From positions 286,867-350,866 of the IMG/VR virus record IMGVR_UViG_3300024259_002152: DNA of 64,000 nt; one strand, 5' to 3'. Origin of the DNA: a virus. Positions 19,907 to 29,295 of this stretch are shown in pieces (position 1 is the stretch's first letter; every line of letters begins with the position of its first letter). A program made the position numbers and the translations under genes. The notes beneath the pieces were generated by a model, which searched no databases, was not told the DNA's origin, and saw only the letters and a list, made by a program, of their open reading frames with translations.

Positions 19907-20302
19907 ATGAGTAAAAGTGGTAAAATAACAATAGCTTCCTTTTTTTGTCTTACAGTGATTGCAATACTATATGGAATCGGTAGTTTCGTTCCGTCAGAGG
20001 CTGAAGCCGCAAGAAAAGACGCACCCACATGGATACTTCGAAGATCAGGTAAGATTATGGATATAGACCCTCTTTTTGGGGATTATAGTAATATTTTGGG
20101 TATTATGATCCATTTTGATAAGGAAAATTGGATTTGCGTATACGATGCAATATGGGATATCAAGCATCGAGGACCTTGGCCAAATATCGGAGAAGAAGGT
20201 TCTTTGTATACGGAAAAAGAGAGAAAGGAACGTCCTTGGAAATTGAGGTGGAAGTGGGTAGAAGGAACAGCCCCTAAAAGAATACATCTAGATGAAAACT
20301 AA
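19907..20302 (+). CDS. membrane-anchored protein, paralogue A
   Basis: MSKSGKITI... N-terminus and 5' leader duplicated at 20345. Confidence 0.45.
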   Translation: MSKSGKITIASFFCLTVIAILYGIGSFVPSEAEAARKDAPTWILRRSGKIMDIDPLFGDYSNILGIMIHFDKENWICVYDAIWDIKHRGPWPNIGEEGSLYTEKERKERPWKLRWKWVEGTAPKRIHLDEN

Positions 20303-20363
20303 ACATTGACCCGAATAACGCAATTTCTTTTTTAGAAGTTGTTAATGAAAGGTAGAAATAGCG

Positions 20364-20969
20364 ATGAGTAAAAGTGGTAAAATAACAATTGGATTTCTTT
20401 TCAGCTTTATGCTAATTGCAGTTGTATTAGGTGGTATTGTTGCCTCCAATGCTAAAGCTGCAAAAGATGGAGAATGGGAATTATGGACTTCAGCAAAAAT
20501 TATAGATGTAGATCCTCTTTATTCTATAGGAGGTTTTGGCATGATGGCTCATTTTGACAACATGGCATGGGCGGTAATATGGCGACAGGATATTGTAGGG
20601 AAATGGCCAGCTATAGGACAAACAGGGTCTCTTTATAAGAAAGGAAGCGAAGATAAAACAAAATGGAAATGGGTAAGAAAAAAACTCTCGAAAAAAATCA
20701 AAGCCAAAGTTAAACGCAAAACAAAGCATGATCCAAATAATGTAATTTCATTACCTCCCCAAATAATATTACCAGAAAATACAGAATGGGAGAGAGCCTC
20801 TACTACTCCTGAAATAGATAAAATCGTAGTAGTAAGATTCGATGATGGTAGAACTTCTACGGCTTATATTAATAATGATAAAGAGTGGAAGTTAGACATA
20901 GAAAGAAATAAATATCGCGGAGGCAAAACTATTAATAATGTCAAAGAATGGAAAGATATAGGTATCTAA
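20364..20969 (+). CDS. membrane-anchored protein, paralogue B
   Basis: shares MSKSGKITI N-terminus and upstream AAAGGTA(A/G)AAATAGCG leader with 19907 gene. Confidence 0.45.
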   Translation: MSKSGKITIGFLFSFMLIAVVLGGIVASNAKAAKDGEWELWTSAKIIDVDPLYSIGGFGMMAHFDNMAWAVIWRQDIVGKWPAIGQTGSLYKKGSEDKTKWKWVRKKLSKKIKAKVKRKTKHDPNNVISLPPQIILPENTEWERASTTPEIDKIVVVRFDDGRTSTAYINNDKEWKLDIERNKYRGGKTINNVKEWKDIGI

Positions 20970-20970
20970 A

Positions 20971-21345
20971 ATGGAGAATAATCTTAAACAAACAAGACAG
21001 AAACTTAATAACGAAGCAGAGCACCTTAAACAAGTAAGGCAAAAACTCAATACGGAAATAGAGCAACTTAACCAAAATCTTCGTGAAAAAGAATATCTAT
21101 TAAACGCTATAGATAAAAAATGTTCTCATATGTGGGGAGAAACCATCCCTGATCACATTGAACATAAAGCACATACAATCCCAGGAGATCCTCCAGGAAC
21201 GATGGGTGTAGATTGGAGGGGTCCAATTAATGTTCCTGCAAAAACAGAAGAACGTTGGAAACGTATTTGTAAAATATGCGGCAAAATCGAATATAGTAAA
21301 GAAACTACAGAACAAGTAATTCATGCTCCTAAATTTTCGACATGA
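20971..21345 (+). CDS. hypothetical coiled-coil/zinc protein
   Basis: 124-aa ORF. Confidence 0.4.
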   Translation: MENNLKQTRQKLNNEAEHLKQVRQKLNTEIEQLNQNLREKEYLLNAIDKKCSHMWGETIPDHIEHKAHTIPGDPPGTMGVDWRGPINVPAKTEERWKRICKICGKIEYSKETTEQVIHAPKFST

Positions 21346-21539
21346 TAAAATTAGAAAATCTAACTGATAAAAACGTTGGCAGAGAAGTTATTTATACTTC
21401 TGCAAAAGGAAAAGAAGAACATGGAAAAATAACTTCCTGGAATTCTAAATTTATCTTTGTTGATTATGGAAATAATTGTGGCAGAGGAACTGCTACTTCT
21501 CCTGAAGATTTAACATTTACATATGAAGTAAAAAGATGA
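21342..21539 (+). CDS. hypothetical protein
   Basis: 65-aa ORF. Confidence 0.35.
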   Translation: MIKLENLTDKNVGREVIYTSAKGKEEHGKITSWNSKFIFVDYGNNCGRGTATSPEDLTFTYEVKR

Positions 21540-21542
21540 TCT

Positions 21543-21746
21543 ATGAAATATTTTAAAGACATATATGACTTATGCAAAGGCTTCATTACAACAATAATCA
21601 TTTATGGGATACTATTGGGAATAGTAATAATTCCAATTCTATTTATCGAATCCTTTAATTCTAACAATAAGGATAATGCTTCTGAAAATTCTGAAAATAA
21701 ATCTTCAAAAATAATAATTGCAAAAGAAAATAAAATATCATCATGA
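21543..21746 (+). CDS. small membrane protein
   Basis: TM helix. Confidence 0.35.
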   Translation: MKYFKDIYDLCKGFITTIIIYGILLGIVIIPILFIESFNSNNKDNASENSENKSSKIIIAKENKISS

Positions 21747-21982
21747 AAAATAAAAAAGCATTTTTTAGTCCTTGTCAATGGGTGAGATTTTGTGCAAAAT
21801 TATCTCTATGTGTGTTTCTATTTTTAATGTCTTTAGGTATAGTTGACTGCAATGTAAGAATGATAAAGCATCGCTATAAAACAGTAAAAGATACTGACGA
21901 AAAGGCAATAGTAGATGTTCAAAAAAAAGAAACTACTGAAAATTCTTATACAGGTATAAATTATAATCCTTTGCAAAAGTAG
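21743..21982 (+). CDS. small membrane protein
   Basis: TM helix. Confidence 0.35.
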   Translation: MKNKKAFFSPCQWVRFCAKLSLCVFLFLMSLGIVDCNVRMIKHRYKTVKDTDEKAIVDVQKKETTENSYTGINYNPLQK

Positions 21983-21991
21983 AATATTATC

Positions 21992-22501
21992 ATGAGTATA
22001 CCTTTTTATAGATATGTTGAATATTTGGATGATGGACACAGCCTCTATCAATGTCTTCAATGTGGCACAAAAATAGATGTGGGAGAATGGTTTGAACCTA
22101 ATTTTTGTTGGGATTGTGGAGTAAAATTTAAGGGTATGATACTTCGTAAACAAACTGATTATATTTCTCTTCCCATAACTAATGAATTGTGGTTTCAAAT
22201 TGAGTCGGGTTATGATTGGGGAGAAGGAGAGGGTGTCCATTGGGGACCAACTTGGAGAGGACATCATAATGCTCATCAAGCAATAAAATATTTAAAAAAA
22301 GCACGAGAGGAAAGAGAAGAAGAGAATAAAAGAATTATAAAACAAACAGGGAAGGAAGGATATAAATTTAGGGTAACTGCCCAAATAAAAGAGAAATCTC
22401 ATGGTGCTGTCATTATTGATACTGCTAAGTATTATAAAAAAACAGGAAAAAAGTTTGATAAGAAAATACGAGAAAGGCATATGAATGGCAATAAAAGATG
22501 A
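21992..22501 (+). CDS. zinc-ribbon protein
   Basis: CLQCGT...CWDCG. Confidence 0.4.
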   Translation: MSIPFYRYVEYLDDGHSLYQCLQCGTKIDVGEWFEPNFCWDCGVKFKGMILRKQTDYISLPITNELWFQIESGYDWGEGEGVHWGPTWRGHHNAHQAIKYLKKAREEREEENKRIIKQTGKEGYKFRVTAQIKEKSHGAVIIDTAKYYKKTGKKFDKKIRERHMNGNKR

Positions 22502-22790
22502 AATTATAAGGATATATGAAAGACCAGTTATTGCTCATCCTGGTGGCGCTGTAGTGCATATGGGAGATTGTCATATCTATGATTCTTGGCTGGGAATATG
22601 CACATGTGGTTTACATCATTTGCTACAACAAGCAGGGAGCGAAGTTGCCCAGGAAGTTTATCCTCGTTTCCAAGAAGAAAAAACAAATGAGAGTTTTGTT
22701 GTATATCTTTTGCAAGAATTTCGTGATGGTAATCTTTACGTTAAAAATAAGGGAAAATTCGTCCAAGTTGAAACAAAAGAGGTTTATTAA
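22485..22790 (+). CDS. hypothetical protein
   Basis: 101-aa ORF. Confidence 0.4.
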   Translation: MAIKDEIIRIYERPVIAHPGGAVVHMGDCHIYDSWLGICTCGLHHLLQQAGSEVAQEVYPRFQEEKTNESFVVYLLQEFRDGNLYVKNKGKFVQVETKEVY

Positions 22791-23096
22791 GTGGAAGTAA
22801 AAGAAAAGAAAATAGAGAAAGAAGATAAGGTGGAAAAGAACAGTACTGACGAAAGAGAACAATTAGAGTCTATTACTTCTTTTCTCCGCGAATCTATTCC
22901 TGCCCCCGAAGGGAGTATAATTGATGTAAAGCATCTTTGGGGGAAATTTTATAGGATTAATTATTGGAGAGAAGATAAAATACGAGCAGAAAGTAAATTA
23001 AATAGTGACATTTCTATGAACAGAGTAATAGAATCAAAATTTGTTCGAGTAGAGATAGTCATAGATGGCTATATTTTTGAGGATTATGATGCCTAA
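22791..23096 (+). CDS. hypothetical protein
   Basis: 101-aa ORF. Confidence 0.4.
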   Translation: MEVKEKKIEKEDKVEKNSTDEREQLESITSFLRESIPAPEGSIIDVKHLWGKFYRINYWREDKIRAESKLNSDISMNRVIESKFVRVEIVIDGYIFEDYDA

Positions 23097-23538
23097 AAAA
23101 ACGCCCCTAAAAAATGAAACAGCAAAAGCATGGGACAAAAGCGTAAAAAGAGCCATGGCTGTCCTAGAAAAAACAGCAAAGAAGCGAGCGTTTGATTGCT
23201 CCCATACTGCTGATGGAAAAATCTTAAAAATAGGACTGAAGGTTTATAGTATCGATGATCCCACTATTCAATTGGTTATTTCGAATATTGAAGATGAGAT
23301 TACTCGTAGAGGAAAAAGAGTAACCCTAACTAGTAAAGAACAACAATCTTCTAAACAATATTGTAGTAAATTATTTGTTAATCAGGCAAAAGCTGTTGAT
23401 GCTTGTATTATAGATATAGAACAAGCACGACGTGCTATACTTAGGGACGCTCAAGAATCCCTCGATAGGTTAGATGCTGACAATATGCTTAAAAAATTAA
23501 AAAGGCAACGTAAAAAATTAGAAAAAACGAAAGGTTAA
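23065..23538 (+). CDS. hypothetical protein
   Basis: 157-aa ORF. Confidence 0.4.
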   Translation: MAIFLRIMMPKKTPLKNETAKAWDKSVKRAMAVLEKTAKKRAFDCSHTADGKILKIGLKVYSIDDPTIQLVISNIEDEITRRGKRVTLTSKEQQSSKQYCSKLFVNQAKAVDACIIDIEQARRAILRDAQESLDRLDADNMLKKLKRQRKKLEKTKG

Positions 23539-23540
23539 CA

Positions 23541-23831
23541 ATGAAAGATCAAATGATAATTAATGAATTTTTAGCAAAAATCAGGGATGCAAAGCTTAAT
23601 CAGCCAGAAGCAATTGCTATGGCAGGTATGTTTATTGCAGCGGCTATTGATAGACAGACAGAATTGCAAAAAATAAGTCTTGAAATACAAATGAAAATGT
23701 CTGGCTCGGCTACTGATATGTTTGAGAAAATGAGTAGATCAGTAGATAATATGAACGAAGGGGACGAATGGAAAAACGGTCGAGATGATGATGATGGTTA
23801 TGACTCTAACACGGGTTCATTTGAATGTTGA
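23541..23831 (+). CDS. hypothetical protein
   Basis: 96-aa ORF. Confidence 0.4.
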   Translation: MKDQMIINEFLAKIRDAKLNQPEAIAMAGMFIAAAIDRQTELQKISLEIQMKMSGSATDMFEKMSRSVDNMNEGDEWKNGRDDDDGYDSNTGSFEC

Positions 23832-23946
23832 TATGGAAAAATATAATCTTTCAATACTAACTGTGATAGCCATACTGGTAGCAATCTGGGCAATTATGAT
23901 TATAGATATTTTTGCTTAAACGATAAAAATATTAAGGAGTAACATT

Positions 23947-24177
23947 ATGATTATAGGTTCGTGTCATACTAATTTAGACGATTACGATAGGGAAGAATGG
24001 CCTACACAATTTGTTGCTGTTCCAAGAGAAGGAGAATGGGTAGAGTCTAAAAATAGAAAAATTCTTAAGGTTGTTAAAGTTACACATGTTGTGGTGAAAA
24101 AAAATATTTATGGCGGAGAATGTGAACAAGGTTATCCGCAAATACGAGTAGAATTGCACAAACCATCAGGTGGGTAG
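23947..24177 (+). CDS. hypothetical protein
   Basis: 76-aa ORF. Confidence 0.4.
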   Translation: MIIGSCHTNLDDYDREEWPTQFVAVPREGEWVESKNRKILKVVKVTHVVVKKNIYGGECEQGYPQIRVELHKPSGG

Positions 24178-24189
24178 AAAGGATGAATA

Positions 24190-24453
24190 ATGGGTAGGTG
24201 GATAGATACATTAAAAAAATTGCCAGAATCAAAGTCATTTTGGGCATTATATATGGTGGGCTTTGGAATCTGTCTTTCTTTGGCTTTAATCTCTGATATT
24301 ATCCCCGAGGAAAGTAGAGATGAATGGGGACGTACCTCTTGCGCTTATCCTATATTTCAGGTGGCTTTAGTATTAATTGCGAGTGTTCATTTTCTCGCGG
24401 CAGTGGTATTTTTGGTAGCATTTATAGTGGATAAAATAGAAAATATACCCTAA
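24190..24453 (+). CDS. hypothetical membrane protein
   Basis: two TM helices. Confidence 0.4.
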   Translation: MGRWIDTLKKLPESKSFWALYMVGFGICLSLALISDIIPEESRDEWGRTSCAYPIFQVALVLIASVHFLAAVVFLVAFIVDKIENIP

Positions 24454-24725
24454 TGGAAGTAAAAGTAAAATTAATTGTTCCTGATGGTTTGCATATGAGG
24501 CCATCTATGATGGTTGCTGATTTGGCTAATACTTTTGAGAGCCAGATTGAAATAAGCAAAAATGGAATAAAAGTAGATGGTAAAAGCATTATGGATTTAA
24601 CTATGCTCGCAGCAGTGGTGAACGAAGAATTAACAATCACTGCTAAAGGAAAAGATGAGCAAGAAGCTATAATAGCTCTTGAAAAATTAATTAGTAGTGA
24701 TTTTGATAACTATTTAGAGAAATAA
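24453..24725 (+). CDS. ptsH-like: HPr-like phosphocarrier protein
   Basis: GLHMRPSMMV (HPr His15 loop GLHARPA), GKSIMDL (Ser46 region), 90 aa typical HPr length. Confidence 0.7.
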   Translation: MEVKVKLIVPDGLHMRPSMMVADLANTFESQIEISKNGIKVDGKSIMDLTMLAAVVNEELTITAKGKDEQEAIIALEKLISSDFDNYLEK

Positions 24726-24742
24726 GAATGGGAGAATAAATA

Positions 24743-25009
24743 ATGGGCGAAGGAACGAAAATAACTAAGGAAGAAATGTTAATAGAAGAGATACGGAATG
24801 TAGTAGCTAATTTTGAAAAAGACTCCGCAATAGCTAAAGGAATAGCCAGGGATAGGGCTGAGAGAGTTGCTGAACTTATAAGTTCTACCAGCGAAGAAGG
24901 GATAAAAAAAAGAGACTCAGCACACATGGACTTTCAACGTTGGAGAGAAAGGTCAGAAGTTTTTGCACAAGCGGCAAAAGAATTAAAAAAGATACTAATA
25001 CCACATTAA
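24743..25009 (+). CDS. hypothetical protein
   Basis: 88-aa ORF. Confidence 0.4.
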   Translation: MGEGTKITKEEMLIEEIRNVVANFEKDSAIAKGIARDRAERVAELISSTSEEGIKKRDSAHMDFQRWRERSEVFAQAAKELKKILIPH

Positions 25010-25024
25010 GTAAGGATATAAAAA

Positions 25025-25630
25025 ATGTATGAAAAATTTACCGATAGGGCAAAAAGGGTATTAGCACTAGCCAATCAAACTGCACAAGGATGGAACCACG
25101 AGTATATTGGGACTGAACATATTCTTATGGGTTTAATTAAGGAAGGAAGTGGTATAGGATGCAATGTCCTAAAACAGTTTAATATTAATCTAGATCATGC
25201 CAGAAAAAAGATTGAAGAAATTGTTCAGACAGGTCCCGACATAGTTAGTATGGGCAAACTGCCGATGACTCCGAGAGGAGAGAAGATCATTCGTCTAGCA
25301 ATAGATTGTGCTAAAAAAATGAATTGCAATTATGTTGGAACAGAACATTTAATGCACGGGTTGCTTGAAGAAAAAGACGGTGTGGCATCCCATGTTTTGA
25401 TGGATTTATCACTCACTTTGGAAAAATATGAGAAAAATCTAGAATTTACACTAGGACCCAACACCAGGGAAAACGGATGTAAAAATTGTGTTAGTTATGA
25501 AGTATGTGTGATAGTTAAACATATAAATAAAACTCCATTGCTTGTTATCTCATCAAATCTTAATGATGTTCGAAAAGAAATGGAGAAGGTAGTCGCGAGT
25601 TCCTGCAAATGTTATAAGGAAAAAGAATGA
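25025..25630 (+). CDS. Clp N-terminal (ClpC/ClpA N-domain) double-repeat protein, stand-alone
   Basis: two repeats FTDRAKRVLALA...YIGTEHILMGL and MTPRGEKIIRLA...YVGTEHLMHGL; Cys-rich tail. Confidence 0.7.
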   Translation: MYEKFTDRAKRVLALANQTAQGWNHEYIGTEHILMGLIKEGSGIGCNVLKQFNINLDHARKKIEEIVQTGPDIVSMGKLPMTPRGEKIIRLAIDCAKKMNCNYVGTEHLMHGLLEEKDGVASHVLMDLSLTLEKYEKNLEFTLGPNTRENGCKNCVSYEVCVIVKHINKTPLLVISSNLNDVRKEMEKVVASSCKCYKEKE

Positions 25631-25806
25631 TGAAAAAGGGTTTTTCTCTTATAGAATTAATGGTCGTCGTTATAATTGTGATAATTCTGCTATGTTTGGT
25701 AGTGAAAGCAGGATGGTATATGGCAATTGGACCAATTTTTAGAAACATAATACCACTATTAATCGGTGGTTTTGTAGGGTATGTTGTTGGAAAGAAAAAT
25801 AGATAG
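25627..25806 (+). CDS. prepilin-like (type IV pilin N-terminal motif) small membrane protein
   Basis: MMKKGFSLIELMVVV = class III signal (G|FxxxE); 59 aa; not in ORF track (<60 aa). Confidence 0.45.
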   Translation: MMKKGFSLIELMVVVIIVIILLCLVVKAGWYMAIGPIFRNIIPLLIGGFVGYVVGKKNR

Positions 25807-25883
25807 GAAATTTATACTTAACTCTAAAACAAAAGTCTGAAACTCCTATGTTCTTTCAAAAGTGAAAGGCATGCCAACATGAT

Positions 25884-25923
25884 ACATAACTCCTTGCTTA
25901 TAAAGGAGTTATGTATTTTTTTT
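25884..25923 (+). terminator. rho-independent terminator
   Basis: ACATAACTCCTT-loop-AAGGAGTTATGT-T8. Confidence 0.65.
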
Positions 25924-25993
25924 ATATTGTGATTGTTTTTATCTCCCAAGTGATTATAATAATTTTTGAAAGTGATAATTTTGTGGAAGAAAA

Positions 25994-26740
25994 ATGATGC
26001 CAATTTTGGACGATTATATAGCAGAAACAGAGTTTCTAAAATCAAAAGAAACTGATGAAACAGGAGGCAAAGAGAATGCTATTTGCGTAATAGCTGTTTC
26101 TGCCACTGGAGATGCTCTGGTGATTACTACTATTAATGCAAAACAAGCTGCATGGTATTATGATGACTATCTACAAGATGGGATGCCTTGTCTTGATGAA
26201 GAACCTGGTATTTATATTATTGAATTTGCAGTAGAAGAAAAAAGAGATTACTGGGGAGAATGTGATTCATGGTTAGAATATAAGAATATTATAAAATACA
26301 AAGTCATCATTAATGATAAAAGAAATTCACATGATAAGAATATAACATATGCAAATGATGGCATACTAGTAGATGGTAATGACAATTTTGGCTCTGAATA
26401 TCCTCGTTGTTTGTTTGTGGTTACAGATAGTGGTATGGGTTTTGTCCTTGATATCTTGAATGAAGATAAAGCTTATAAAAGTATTATTGAAGAAATTACG
26501 TGGTATATGGAAGATATTGATAATGCTGATCCCATAATATGCTGTGAAGGCATATATATAGCAACATGTTCTATTGTTGGAGATATGGTTAATCTGCTAG
26601 ATCGAGATGAAAATGAAGATATTAAATTGACAAATATAGAACAAGTAGAACTCATACCCGAAAAAGATGATTCTCCAAAGTCAGAAACATTCATACGAAA
26701 GGAACAAGAATGGCGGACGAACAGGCTCCTGAAGAAATAA
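25994..26740 (+). CDS. hypothetical acidic protein
   Basis: 248-aa ORF. Confidence 0.45.
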   Translation: MMPILDDYIAETEFLKSKETDETGGKENAICVIAVSATGDALVITTINAKQAAWYYDDYLQDGMPCLDEEPGIYIIEFAVEEKRDYWGECDSWLEYKNIIKYKVIINDKRNSHDKNITYANDGILVDGNDNFGSEYPRCLFVVTDSGMGFVLDILNEDKAYKSIIEEITWYMEDIDNADPIICCEGIYIATCSIVGDMVNLLDRDENEDIKLTNIEQVELIPEKDDSPKSETFIRKEQEWRTNRLLKK

Positions 26741-26925
26741 CTATTCAACTATGGTGGAATTCAGGCGGAGGAATGTCGGTAAGAAGAGACTGTCTTGACC
26801 CAGATCACCCTGAACATACCTATAATTATATATTAAGAGAGTTTGGAGTTAGACCCGAACAGTATGGAATCGAAAAACCAAAAAATTATATGGAAACATG
26901 CCCCTCATGCGGTTGTAGATTTTGA
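26710..26925 (+). CDS. hypothetical protein
   Basis: 71-aa ORF, CPSCGC. Confidence 0.35.
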   Translation: MADEQAPEEITIQLWWNSGGGMSVRRDCLDPDHPEHTYNYILREFGVRPEQYGIEKPKNYMETCPSCGCRF

Positions 26926-27239
26926 GGAATATTATGATAGAATTAATACTAAAAATTCTTTTCAGTATACTTGTAATTGGAGCATTTGTGTGGTCATCCC
27001 TTAAGGCTTATTTCGCCTCTAAAGCATATTTTACACGAATTAACCAAATTCGAATTGAACGACGAAAAGATGCTGAAGAAATAATAGCACAAATAGATGT
27101 TCTTATAAATCAACAAAATGAGATTCTCGAAGAGATAAAAACTCTCAAAACTGAGCAAAACCAATCTCTAAATTTAACAAATATTAATGAGATATATGAG
27201 GAAGCCATTAATGACGACAAAAAAGAAAAAGAAGATTAA
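26922..27239 (+). CDS. membrane-anchored coiled-coil protein
   Basis: TM then coiled coil. Confidence 0.4.
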   Translation: MRNIMIELILKILFSILVIGAFVWSSLKAYFASKAYFTRINQIRIERRKDAEEIIAQIDVLINQQNEILEEIKTLKTEQNQSLNLTNINEIYEEAINDDKKEKED

Positions 27240-27471
27240 AAACTGTTTAGATTGTAGTTGTCATGAAATTATTGATGATCGAGATCCTCATGACTCGTTT
27301 TGTAGTGATGATATAGCAGTAGTATGCACAATAACCCAAAATCCTAACTGCAAACCAAAATCTAAATATCTAGCAAGTAGAAGTAAATTTCATATAGTAG
27401 CTTGTGCTTGTAGACCTTATAATGCGAAAAAAGAAGCAACAGTGCCCGATTGGTGCCCAAAAAACAAATAA
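27187..27471 (+). CDS. Cys-rich hypothetical protein
   Basis: 94-aa ORF. Confidence 0.35.
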   Translation: MRYMRKPLMTTKKKKKIKNCLDCSCHEIIDDRDPHDSFCSDDIAVVCTITQNPNCKPKSKYLASRSKFHIVACACRPYNAKKEATVPDWCPKNK

Positions 27472-27481
27472 GGAATTGTCC

Positions 27482-28417
27482 ATGGCAAATGTAGTAATGA
27501 TTGTAGGATATCCCGCAGCAGGAAAATCAGCGATAGCACAAGGATATATAGACCATGGATATACCATTCTAAATAGAGATACAGAGGGAGGAACTATCTC
27601 TGCCCTTGTGCCTAAGATGGTAAAACTTATTAGACAATATACAGACGTTGTCCTAGATAATACTTTCCCTACCAAACAAGTTAGAAAACAATTCATAGAA
27701 GCATGTAAAGATAATAATACTCCTATCTATTGTAATTGGGTTAATTCTTCTATAGAAGAAGCTCAGTTTAATGCCTGTCAAAGAATGATAAAGACAAGGG
27801 GCAAACTTCTCTCTTCAGAAGAGATTAAAAAAGAAAAAAGTCCTAATATGTTCCCTCCTATGGTCCAATTCAAATACCGTAAAGAGTTTGAAGAACCATC
27901 AGAAAAGGAGGGTTTTGGTATGGTGACTATAACAGAATTTGAAAGAAGATTTCCCCCTAATTGGAAGAATAAAGCCCTATTCCTTGACTATGATGGAACA
28001 CTTAGAACTACAAAAAGCGATAAGAAATGGCCTACCAAACCCAATGACATTCAAATACTTCCTAATCGAAGAGCCGTCCTTGATTACTATAAATCTCAAG
28101 GATATATTCTGTTGGGAGTTAGTAATCAATCGGGAATAAGAAAAGATAATCCAACCGAAGAACAAGCAATAGTTTGCTTCGATAAAACTAATACTATGCT
28201 TGGACATAAGATAGATTATAAGTATTGCCCCCATAGACCAGCTCCCATTAGCTGCTATTGTAGAAAACCTATGCCAGGAATGGCAATAGAATTTTTCCAT
28301 AAATATAAACTAGATCCTACTCAGTGCATTATGGTGGGAGATATGACCTCTGATGAAACGTTTGCTAAGAGATCCCATATGCAGTTTGTTCATGCTGATG
28401 AATTTTTTAAGTCATAG
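27482..28417 (+). CDS. pnk: polynucleotide 5'-kinase/3'-phosphatase (T4 Pnk-like)
   Basis: Walker A GYPAAGKS (kinase) + HAD phosphatase LDYDGTL, GVSNQSG, MVGDMTSDE; ATG 27482 behind AAGGA. Confidence 0.75.
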   Translation: MANVVMIVGYPAAGKSAIAQGYIDHGYTILNRDTEGGTISALVPKMVKLIRQYTDVVLDNTFPTKQVRKQFIEACKDNNTPIYCNWVNSSIEEAQFNACQRMIKTRGKLLSSEEIKKEKSPNMFPPMVQFKYRKEFEEPSEKEGFGMVTITEFERRFPPNWKNKALFLDYDGTLRTTKSDKKWPTKPNDIQILPNRRAVLDYYKSQGYILLGVSNQSGIRKDNPTEEQAIVCFDKTNTMLGHKIDYKYCPHRPAPISCYCRKPMPGMAIEFFHKYKLDPTQCIMVGDMTSDETFAKRSHMQFVHADEFFKS

Positions 28418-28429
28418 AACGGAGATGAA

Positions 28430-28654
28430 ATGACGACAGGAACAGCCAGAAAGTTTTGGAGTTTAGATGGGTTTGTGGCTATTATCTTTACTATTTTTAC
28501 CATTAGTGCTCTGCTCCGTGGAAGTATCCTAGGTGCCATGTTAATGGGTATATTCTCCTATTGGTGGATAAAAAGAGTATTAGCAAAACCCACGATAATC
28601 AGACGTAGAGGTGGGTATTCTCAGAATCACGGACCAAGGGATTTAGACCTATGA
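28430..28654 (+). CDS. small membrane protein
   Basis: two TM helices. Confidence 0.35.
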   Translation: MTTGTARKFWSLDGFVAIIFTIFTISALLRGSILGAMLMGIFSYWWIKRVLAKPTIIRRRGGYSQNHGPRDLDL

Positions 28655-29295
28655 AAAAACTTGCATCAGATGTAAGAGTCGGAGTAGTTTCAGAAGTGAG
28701 AAGATTCTCTATTTCGGAAAATGGAGCAATTATTTCAAAAGCGAAAGTGAGAGACAACAAAGATGGCAAACCTGTCTATCTGTTTGGTCTTAGAACTAAT
28801 AAATCTCATAGAAGACGATATTGTGCTACAGAACTTTTGAATAGTATTATAAAAACGTATTCTGACAGAGGAATAACCCTAAAGGTATTCTCTGAACATG
28901 GTGGTCCTTCTAACAATACCTTGATGAATATCTATAGGAAGTTTGGATTCAAAAGAAAAGGCAAAACTAACGTTATGTATGTGTCTCCTCCCCGAAAATG
29001 GGAAGAGGGAGATAGAACGAGAATCAAATGCCCTAATTGTGGTAACTGTATGACTATTACTCCTATGCCTTATTATAGATATTATAGAGATGCTAGGGAA
29101 GATATTTGTGAAATAACAAGCGATTATGATCCATGTGCTATGCAATGTAAAAAATGTGAATTGTCATATGCTGGAGGATGCCTTGTAAAATATAAAGGCT
29201 TTTCTACAAACCAATGGTCACCAATACTACCACTTAAAGAATGGATAGATGATATTAACCAAGGGAAAGGTAAGAATAGGAATGGTTATGGCTAA
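28651..29295 (+). CDS. GNAT-like acetyltransferase with C-terminal zinc ribbon, putative
   Basis: NTLMNIYRKFGFKRKG GNAT motif A-like; CPNCGNC...CKKCE. Confidence 0.35.
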   Translation: MKKLASDVRVGVVSEVRRFSISENGAIISKAKVRDNKDGKPVYLFGLRTNKSHRRRYCATELLNSIIKTYSDRGITLKVFSEHGGPSNNTLMNIYRKFGFKRKGKTNVMYVSPPRKWEEGDRTRIKCPNCGNCMTITPMPYYRYYRDAREDICEITSDYDPCAMQCKKCELSYAGGCLVKYKGFSTNQWSPILPLKEWIDDINQGKGKNRNGYG

